DNA of 64,000 nt from Felis catus. Lineage: Eukaryota. The notes beneath the pieces are model-generated. The model was not told where the DNA came from, did no database searches, and worked only from the letters and a program-made list of their open reading frames with translations. Numbering within the stretch: the first letter of the stretch is position 1; the number at the start of each line of letters is the position of its first letter. Both the position numbers and the translations under genes were made by a program. This document shows positions 55,052 to 64,000 of this stretch, in pieces. The stretch is from NCBI RefSeq assembly GCF_018350175.1, contig NC_058383.1, forward strand, positions 18,786,001 to 18,850,000, given 5' to 3'.

Positions 55052-58000
55052 ATGGAGGCGGTCGTCCTGATCCCCTACGTGCTGGGCCTCCTGCTGCTGC
55101 CGCTGCTGGCTGTGGTGCTGTGCGTGCGGTGCCGAGAGCTGCCAGGTGAGTGGGGGCTCGGCCCTCCTCTACCTCTCACTCCATCCCGACTGTCCTGAGC
55201 TCTGCTTGCACGCGAGACCTGAGCCCCGTACTCCCAGCCTCTCCCCTCTTCACCCCGCTTCCTGCCTTACTGGCTTCTCTTCCCCAGGCTCCTATGACAA
55301 TACGGCCTCTGACAGGTGAGTTGCCCGTCGACCCTACGTGGCTCCCTCGGTGCCCTGTGTGGCCCCGGGGAGGGGAGGGGAGGGGACTGGGATGGGAGCT
55401 GGGGTCTCTCCTGCCCCTTACCTATCTGTGTCTCTCCTGCCAGCTTGGCCCCAAGTAGCATCGTGATCAAACGCCCTCGTGAGTACATGGAGGGTCCTCT
55501 TCCTCGGGTGTAGGGGAGGGGGTCCCCTGGCGTGTGAGAGAAAGCGTGCCTCTGTTCAGGTTCCCCCCCACGGTGGCTGCCCACATGGCTTTGATCTGAG
55601 CCGGGGATAGGAAGGGAGATGGGTGTCCTCGGGCCGGTGCAGGGCCCAGGGGGTTCACAGAATTCGCCTGCCCTTTGAGGCCTCGATGAGTGTGGGGGCA
55701 AAATGTCTGGAGTCGTTCCCTGAGCTTGGTCTCGTGTCCTCAGCCACACTCGCCACCTGGACACCAGCCACCTCCTATCCTCCTGTTACCTCCTACCCAC
55801 CCTTGAGCCAGCCGGACCTGCTTCCCATCCCGTGAGTAGCATCCTCCCCTCCAAATCCCCCTTTTTACCCCCTCGCCTCTGAGGATTGGGGATCTCTTTC
55901 CCTGTTGCAACCCCTCTTGGTCCAGTGCCCCATCTCAGCATGACTTCTGACCTTTGACTCCCAGGAGGTCCCCACAGCCCCCCGGGGGCTCCCACCGCAT
56001 GCCATCTTCCCGGCAGGACTCAGATGGTGGTAAGTGTGGAGCAGGGCTCAGGGGGCTGGGGCTGGGCAGAGGATAGACCCCGTGTGAGCTGATTCAGCCT
56101 CCCTCTTGCTCTCTCTCTGAAGCCAACAGTGTGGCGAGCTACGAGAACGAGGGTGCGTCTGGGGCCCCAGGTGCCCTGGTTGCAGGGAGGCTGGGGCCTG
56201 GGCTGGGCCCTGCTGATCGCTGTGTCGTTACCTCAGAGCCCGCCTGTGAGGACGACGATGAAGATGAGGAGGAGGATTATCCCAACGAGGGCTACTTGTG
56301 AGTGGCCGGGTGGGGGGGTGGGAGCTCCAGCTGGGGGTCCTTACTCACCTGCCCCTTGACTTGTCCTCAGGGAGGTGCTTCCTGACAGCACGCCAGCAAC
56401 AGGCACTGCTGTCCCACCGGCTCCCGCGCCCAGCAACCCCGGCCTCCGAGACAGCGCCTTCTCCAGTGAGTTGGCCATTTCTGACACTCTGCGTTGCGGC
56501 CCGTCTGCTCTTCCCTCTCCTGTTATTTCATTGATGCTTGCTGCCCCTCTGCATTCTCTCTCCTCTCTTTCTAGAACACCTGTCCCTCAGGGCGGACTTC
56601 CACTCTGATCTGCTGGTTTCCTTACTTTTTCTATCCTCTTTTCTATTTCTTTGTCTTTCCCTTTTATCGTCTGTGAGATTTCTCCAACTTCACTATTCTT
56701 TGAGACTCTGTTCTTTTGTCTCTTATCTCAAAGCTCTTTTCTTGGCCTCTGGTGTTCCTTTTTCATAGCCTTCTGTTCTTGTTTCACAGAGACAATACCA
56801 TCTTGTACATTTCTAAAGATATTGATTATAGATTGTCTTCTTTGAGGGTTTTTTGGAAGTTTTCTTCTGCTTCCGGCATCATTTTGGTTTCCTTTGAGCT
56901 GCTTTTCTCCCTTCGTGTTCGTCTCATGTTGCCTGTTAGAGGCTTCCTTCCATGTTTGGTGATCTTCCATTTTCTGTCGCTCTCCTCACTTTCCGTACCT
57001 GTTCCGGGCCATTCCTTCTACACCCTGACTTCGTGAGCGAGCTCGATTCCCAACTCCCCACCTCCCCTGAACTCATTTATTCATCCATCCCTCACTTACT
57101 CGCCGTGTTTACTGGGTGCCTCTGATAAAACAGCTCACGAGGTAGTGTCATGATAAAGGAACTCAGCTTGTCAGGGACCTACTACGTGCCTTTCTGAGAG
57201 CATTTCGTGTATTAACTCATTAAACCTCAGGATCCCCAGGTGCTCTTGAGCCCATCTCTTCCCTTCCTGCACCTTGGTTGTCCTGACTGTACGACAGGAG
57301 GGACCACGTATCTCATAGACGCTTGGCGGCCCCGTTCAGATATTCTCGGCTTTAGTTCTCACGGCGCTCCTGGGAGGTGGGTGCCGCCCCTCACCCTATT
57401 CTACAGATGAGAACACCGAGGCCCAGAGAGGCTAGGTAGCTTGTGTGAGGTTACACGACTGTCAGTGTGGGAGCTGGGTTTGCACCTGGGCTCTCTGGCT
57501 CCAAAGCCTGCCTCGTCCACGGCCTCATGGAGAAACAAGTCTGCGTGGAGGGACAAGATAGGTGGGAGACACCCGGGTGGCTCAGTCACTTAGGCGTCCG
57601 ACTCTTGATCCCGTCTCGGGTCTTGATCTCGGGGTCGTGAGTTCAGGTCCCACGTTGGGCTCCGTACTTGGTGGGGAGCCTACTTTAAGTAGGACAAGAT
57701 GGCACCGATGGCTCCAGGTGCTGGAAGACACCAGGATGGGAGCGGGGGTCAGGGCAGGCCTGGCCGACGGGGCCGGTGGGGCGACAGCACCTCAGACTCG
57801 GCACCCCACAAGCGTTGTCTCACACGTGCCACCCAGCACCACGGCTCCGAGCTGCTCTCTGCCCCTGCCCCCAGCCTGGCCGACATGCTGTCTGTTCTCC
57901 CCCACACTTCCACTCCCTCTCATCCGCTCTGGGCACGTTGCCCTACTTCTCTCCATCGCCGGGGCCTCTGTGGGACCCTCTGGGGCTGGCTGCGGGGCGG

Positions 58001-58498
58001 CCTCTGGGGTCTGTGCTCGGGGCTCTGGGTGACAGTGCCGGGGGCCCTGCTTCTCCTGCAGTGGAGTCGGGGGAGGATTACGTGAACGTCCCCGAGAGCG
58101 AGGAGAGTGCAGACGTGTCTCTGGGTGAGTGGCCGGTGCCCCCTAGGGTCCCCCTTCCCTCCCCCACCCTCACCGGCTGTGGCCCTCTTTCTGAGTGTCC
58201 TGTTCTCTCACCCTCCACGTGGCCGTCCCCCCTTCTGATCTGTCCCCACAGATGGGAGCCGGGAGTACGTGAATGTGTCCCAGGAGCTGCCACCCGTGGC
58301 TAGGACCGAGCCTGGTGTGTGCTGGGATGGGGGGTGGCAGGAGCTTGGGGTAACGTGAAAGGTAATGTGCCCGGGGCAGGAGGGACGCTCTGTGAGCTTA
58401 AGACTGATCTCTTTCCCCTTCCAGCCATCCTGAGCTCCCAGAATGACGACGAGGAAGAGGGAGCTCCAGATTATGAGAATCTGCAGGGGCTTAACTGA
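55052..58498 (+). CDS. LAT: Linker for activation of T cells (231 aa)
   Basis: Coding exons 55052-55145, 55288-55315, 55444-55478, 55744-55831, 55965-56029, 56123-56152, 56237-56297, 56371-56465, 58062-58124, 58252-58314, 58425-58498 sum to 696 nt. N-terminal TM plus palmitoylation CVRC, PIPRSP, GYLEV (PLC-gamma1 site), YVNV x2, YENL. 3'UTR intron 58506-58631; AATAAA at 58871-58876. Confidence 0.97.
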
Positions 58499-58980
58499 GG
58501 GTCCGGTGAGCGGCCCTGCCCACCCTTCCGCGGCCCCTCAGCCCTATCCTCCGACTCCTTCGGGGACCCCTCGGACCCCCACTGACCTCCTGACATTGCA
58601 ACCCCTCCCTCTCCCTGTCCTGTTGTTTCAGCGCGAGGCCATGCCTGTCCTCGAACCAGCCTTGCTCGGGAGTGCCGAGCTGGGCAGCTGGCAGTGGCTC
58701 TGGGGGACCCTCCTAGGCACCCCACCCTGACTGCAGCCTGAGAACAGCCTGAGAATCTCCCCCCTAACTTATTGTCACTTTGGGGTCCAGTCTGTGTGCC
58801 CCCAACACTCTGCACCTTCTGACGCAGCCTGAGAATGAGCTACCCTGGCCCCGGCCCTATTCGGCGGTAGAATAAAGGCTGGTGTGGTCTGTAGCGCTCT
58901 TGCCTTTGGGGGGCCCGTGGGGGGGAGTCCGAGTGAGGGTGGGCTTGCCTGGGCGCCCATGTGGGAGCTGTCTGTGTGCA

Positions 58981-58985
<5 letters not shown>

Positions 58986-59030
<45 letters not shown>

Positions 59031-59031
59031 T
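58986..59031 (+). repeat. (GT)n microsatellite downstream of the LAT poly(A) signal
   Basis: Direct dinucleotide run. Confidence 0.95.
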
Positions 59032-60872
59032 CTGGGGGTCTCCATTCTCCCTGGGCCGCCGTGCTCCTGAGGGTCCTCACCAGCCGTTGGGAGTGACCAA
59101 ATGGTGCCTGGGGCACGGCGCTTCGGCGTGAGGCAAGTCCGACCCAGACTGGGCCTCCTGGGCTTCGAGGCTTCGATGCATCTCCCCCAACGCGATAGTC
59201 CACCGGACCCACGGCAGACGATGGCTGGGATGATGGGAGGGCAGGGCATGGGGAACCTTGGGTGCAGAGTGACCTTCGAGAGCAAGACTGCTTCCTGCCG
59301 GCCCTCATTTTCTCCATCTTTAGAGCAAGGGGGTGGACTTGACCCCAAGCAACTGAAAGGTAATGTGCGATGCAGCCTTTTCGGACTCGGGTGTGCAGAT
59401 GACTCACCGGGAGGTCTTGCTGAAATGCAGATTCCGAATGAGTAGGTCTGGGATGGGGCCCGAGAGTCTGCGTTTCAGAGAAACTACCAGACGCTTCTGA
59501 TAGCGCTCTTCCGAGAACCAGACTTCGAGCACCTTCTGGTGGACGCCCTGGTCATTGTGATTGGCTCTGGTCTGGGCACGTGACGTAATCTGGGCCACCG
59601 AGGACCAGCCCTGGGACTTGGGCCGGAAGTGACCGGAAGGAGAAGCTCTTTTTGCTCCATGGCAGTTGGTAAACTGGAAGAATATATTCCTGGCGCTACT
59701 TGGCGAGCCTGCCCAGGAACGAAGTCCACGTGGAGGAGAGAATGGCCTCGAGGTGGACAGGGTGTCGGAATCTCTGGGTCCAGTCACATCTGAAGCGAGA
59801 CACCCCCCTCAGACTTCCCAGTTACATGGGCCAATAAATTACCCGTTGTCTTCACCCGGCTTGACTTGGGATTTCTGTTGCACACGCCAAAGTAGCCCCG
59901 AGCGATGCACACAGTTGTTGGCGTCCTTTGTTGGCTCCAAAGGCAATGGTGACAGCTTCCCTTCAAGCATGCGCCGTGTTTCCATGCTTCCCTCATTCGA
60001 TCGCTGCCGTTCCCCTGTGGTCAGTTCCTGTGGGTATCCCCATTCGCAGGTGAGGAAGCAGGCCCAGAGAGGAGAAGCGATTTGCCCAAAGGCACACAGC
60101 CAAAGTGACAGGTCTGGGATTCGATCTGGGGCTGTTGGCCTCTGGAGTCACTGCTGCCAATGTCCTTGCTCTGGGTGTTGTGCAAAGTGTCGGCTGCTCT
60201 ACAAGGGGCCCGATTGGAGAAATGGGGGAGGGAGGCTTAGAGAGAGCGTTGGACAGGCTGGATGTCAACAGGGAGAGTTTATTCTGGAGGAAATAGACGA
60301 GAAGAGGCACCTTTGTGCCTGGGCCAAGGAACAGAAAGTTTATCACAAAGGTATGCTGGTGCAAGCACCCTGGAGAACGATCTAGCAACATCAGTAAGGC
60401 TGAAGATGGTGTGTCCCTTTATCTAGCAAACTCTCGGGTATAAACCCAGAGCAGCTGGCACACGGGCTCAGGGGGCGGGCACCTGGGGCTCGGGGCAGCC
60501 TTGCAATGGCCAACAGCTGGCAACGGTAGGGGCCGTGACCAGGAGAATGGACAGGGCTTGTAGCCCAGTCACAGCACGGACGCTTCCCAGCAGGTGAAAG
60601 TGAGTGCATCGGGGCAACACCAGTCAGCACAGATAAATATCACCAAGAGAATATGGAGTGAGAACCAGAAAACAAGTTCTTTTATTTGTATATAGAAAGT
60701 TGGAAACATGAAAACCGAAATATATGGTTCAGGGATACACAGCGTGTGCAAAAATGGGCAAAGCGACGAGGAACACCAAGTTCAGGAGAGAGGCAACCGT
60801 GCGGCCGAGCGCGGGGAAGGGTCGGGGAGGCATTCGGGAAGGCCTCAGTGATAAGTGTAATGTCTTATTCTT

Positions 60873-61097
60873 TTTTTTTTTAGATTTTTTTTTCAACGTT
60901 TATTTATTTTTGGGACAGAGAGAGACAGAGCATGAACGGGGGATGGGGCAGAGAGAGAGGGAGACACAGAATCGGAAACAGGCTCCAGGCTCTGAGCCAG
61001 CAGCCCAGAGCCCGACGCGGGGCTCGAACTCACGGACCGCGAGATCGTGACCTGGCTGAAGTCAGGTGCTTAACCGACTGCGCCACCCAGGCGCCCC
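60873..61097 (-). repeat. Young felid CanSINE with 17-bp TSD
   Basis: Near-identical to the copies at 23590-23800, 30025-30236 and 34105-34323; TSD TGTAA(T/C)GTCTTATTCTT at 60856-60872/61098-61114. Confidence 0.93.
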
Positions 61098-62476
61098 TGT
61101 AACGTCTTATTCTTAAGCGGAGTTGGGTACACAAGTGTTTGGGACAGGATTCTCTTAAGTGTTTGCATATCTAAGCGATTTCGTAATAAGAGAGACCGAG
61201 GCCCAAGGAGGGAATAAGTGGGGGCGGGAGGATAGGGCAGCTTTAAGAGGCAGTAAACGGGCTGAGAATTGCTGGTCGGTCTATGCCAAGGCGGGTGAGT
61301 TCCAGGCCTTAGCAGCAGCATGTGCAAAGGCCCTGAGGTGGTGGGGGGGGGCGGTGGGGAGGCTGTTGCATGAGAAGTGGTGGTGGGCTAGCCGAAGAAG
61401 TGGCAGGGGCAATGGAGAGGGGTGGTGGAATGAGATGTTTGGGAGGCCGAAGCAAGGGGCGTGGTGACAGGTTGTGCTGGGAGGCATGGGGACGTCCAAG
61501 GTGACTCCGGTCCTTGCCTTGGTGGGTTGGGGGTAGGGGCATTCCCTGAAGCACTAACTAAGCAGCTTCCCATTTTTGCCTCTTGGACCAGCGAGATTAC
61601 ATGGCTTTGCTTCCACCGGTCGACGAGCCAGCCAGGACAGAGTCAATGCAATGAGATCTATGGGGCTGGGACTGGGGTATCTTTGCCCACTGGGGTGGCC
61701 GGTAGAAAGAATCCCTGCGGATGGAAGCTGGGAGCAGAAATATTTTTTTTTTTTCTCGTACAAGGCATTGACGGTGACTGCCACGGGACCTTGGGCTCTT
61801 CGTGGTGTTCGGTGTTGTTTTCCCCCAAATGCACCATGTGGCCCATGAGTCCTGGGAGCAGCTTCTCAGGAAAGAATTCTGTGGTCGGGAGAGCCTGGGA
61901 AAAGTTGTCTCACGCTCCGTTGCAGAGACAAAATGCGCGTTAATAAGTTCATGGCTCAGGAGACATCCTGTGATAAGTATCTTTGTTTCTCTTTACCAAA
62001 CCTGGTGCTTCCTGAACTTATTTGACTTCAGGGAGAAAAAAAAGTTATTAGCAATTCGCAGACCACCTCTTAACATCTATAGAGGACATCTTTTGTTTTC
62101 ACCTTCCCCGCATGCTGTTCTTCCAAAGCCACCACCAGATTTGCATTGGAAATGTTTACAGGACTCAGGTGGGGGCCAAGCTTGGATGTGACTGTGACCC
62201 AGGATGGGCCAATCATTATGGCCCACCTCCTGGCCTCAGTCATTGGTTGATACCGGAACACGTGACCCAATTCGGGCCAATGAGACACCTCCCTGAGACT
62301 TTTGGTTGGAACTCCTGGCAAAGGGAAGCTGTTTATCCATTGAGGGGGCCGCTGGGGGGATGCAGGCTTGCAACGTTTGCAGGCTTCTGCTTGGAGAGAG
62401 CATGCCGGTGAATGAAGGCACCACAGAGGAAAGCAGTGTGGACCAAATAGAAATAGAAATAGAAAAGTTGAGTTCT

Positions 62477-63708
62477 TGGGGCGCCTGGGTGGCTCGATGG
62501 GTTAAGCATCTGACTTCGGCTCAGGTCATGATCTTACTGCTCGTGAGTTTGAGCCCTGCATTGGGCTCTGTGCTGACAGCTCGGAGCCTGGAGCCTCCTT
62601 CGGATTCGTGTCTCCCTCTCTCTCTCTGCCCCTCCCCAACTTGCACTCTGTCTTTCTCTCTCTCAAAAATAAATATGCATTTAAAAAAAAATAAAAAATA
62701 AAAAGAAATTTGGATTCTGATGGCCCACCTAAGCACCCAGATCAGTGGTCCTGAAGCCATTGATTGCTTCCTTTTAAAAACAATTTTTTAATATTTATTT
62801 ATTTTTGAGAGACCGAGCACAAGCAGGGGAGGGGCCGAGAGAGAGAAACACAGAATCAGAAGCAGGCTCCAGGCTCTGAGCTGTCAGCACAGTGACGACA
62901 CGGGGCTCGAACTCCTGAACTGCGAGATTGTGACCTGAGCCAAAGTCGGATGTTTAACCAACTGAGCCGCCCAGGCGCCCCATGGATCTCACTTTTCAAA
63001 GCCTTCTTACTCCGGGATCCGTAGCCCCAAAAGGTATCCCCGGAAGAAAAGGGAGGGGATCCCGTGTGGCTGGGGTCAGAGGCCTAAATATTATCGCCAA
63101 CTTCTTTCTCCTCAGCTCTTCTTTCTGTGTGGCCCGTAGCTTTCGTCTCCTTGTGTGGTCATGTGACAGGTCTAGCGGCTCGGGACACAGACACCGTGTG
63201 TTTCCACACATGCCTGGGTGGGGGGGCCAGAGGTCCGAGCATCTCCAGCAAAAGCCCAACACTCCCGCTGACTGCCCTGGCTTGGGACACATGACTTCCG
63301 GAGCCAGTCGCTGGCCAGGAAGGTATCCCGTGCCAACCAACTTAGGCCTGTGGTGTATACTCCACCCGCAATTCTGAGGTTCTGGAAATGAGAAGGCACC
63401 CAAGATTGGGGGCCATTGCTGGTAGAAGGGGGGACGGCTGTTGAGATGAATTTGTTCCACATTTATTGTGTGTGTGCCACACTCATTCTTTCAGTGAGTT
63501 TCACAACACGCCTAGTGTCTAAGGCCCCTCTTGTAGAAAAGGAAAAAAGTGGGGACGCCTGGGTGGCCCAGTCAGTTAAGCGTCCGACTTGGGCTCAGGC
63601 CATGATCTCAGAGCTCGTGAGTTTGAGCCCCGCGTCGGGCCCTGTGCTGACAGCTCAGAGCCTGGAGCCCGCTTCCGATTCTGTGTCTCCCTCTCTCTCT
63701 GCCCCTCC

Positions 63709-63751
<43 letters not shown>

Positions 63752-63796
63752 ATAAACATTAAAAAAAAGGAAAAAAAGAAAAAGAAAAGGAAAAAG
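62477..63796. repeat. CanSINE copies (~62477-62700 +, 62780-62980 -, 63551-63796 +) amid MaLR-like fragments
   Basis: SINE heads, (CT)n tracts and A tails. Confidence 0.88.
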
Positions 63797-64000
63797 GTTC
63801 AGAGAGGTTAAGGATGTGCTTAAGGTCACACAGCAAATTCCAAACTTATTTATGGAAGCGCAGCCTGCTCTGGGTGGGGGAAGGGAGGCGACGAACTGGT
63901 TAAACGTTAGCACAAGAGGAGAAAACACAGAGGCAAACGAAAAGAGCCATTCCACAGAGAGTGGAATTAGGCTCTGCACAGGGACTTTTGCTCCAACTCG

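Noticed and set aside
59659-59675. MAVGK start resembling RPS3A, suggesting a processed pseudogene
   Set aside because: Similarity is limited to five codons; the following sequence does not match.
59666-60385. 239-aa ORF downstream of LAT
   Set aside because: Non-ATG start, runs through MIR-like sequence (~60040-60150), no recognisable domain.

Overview
Mammalian genomic DNA, almost certainly from a felid: it is dense in carnivore tRNA-derived CanSINEs, including young Felidae-type copies, and carries a feline-type L1 3' end. The window holds the conserved block syntenic with human 16p11.2: the 5' part of RABEP2 (- strand, runs off the left edge), then CD19 (551 aa), NFATC2IP/NIP45 (419 aa), SPNS1 (528 aa, exon 3 mostly inside an N gap) and LAT (231 aa), all on +. 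I reconstructed the exon structures by hand from GT-AG sites, and the four complete genes give open reading frames (SPNS1 assumes a 137-nt exon 3). Most ORFs in the supplied track are intron or repeat noise. I found no new multi-gene system. The most notable observations are: (1) a 5'-truncated L1 carrying an ~80-bp 3' transduction with its own ATTAAA and poly(A), all inside one TSD pair; (2) a four-level nested insertion (SINE in solo LTR in SINE in older LTR) upstream of NFATC2IP; (3) an orphan housekeeping-type promoter signature downstream of LAT; (4) an acidic variant of the LAT PLC-gamma1 docking site and an in-frame retainable LAT intron; (5) an ancient L1 fragment turned CpG-rich downstream of NFATC2IP; (6) a perfect 16-bp hairpin arising from an L1 quasi-palindrome. 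Comparisons with human proteins are from memory. Repeat family names and boundaries are approximate.
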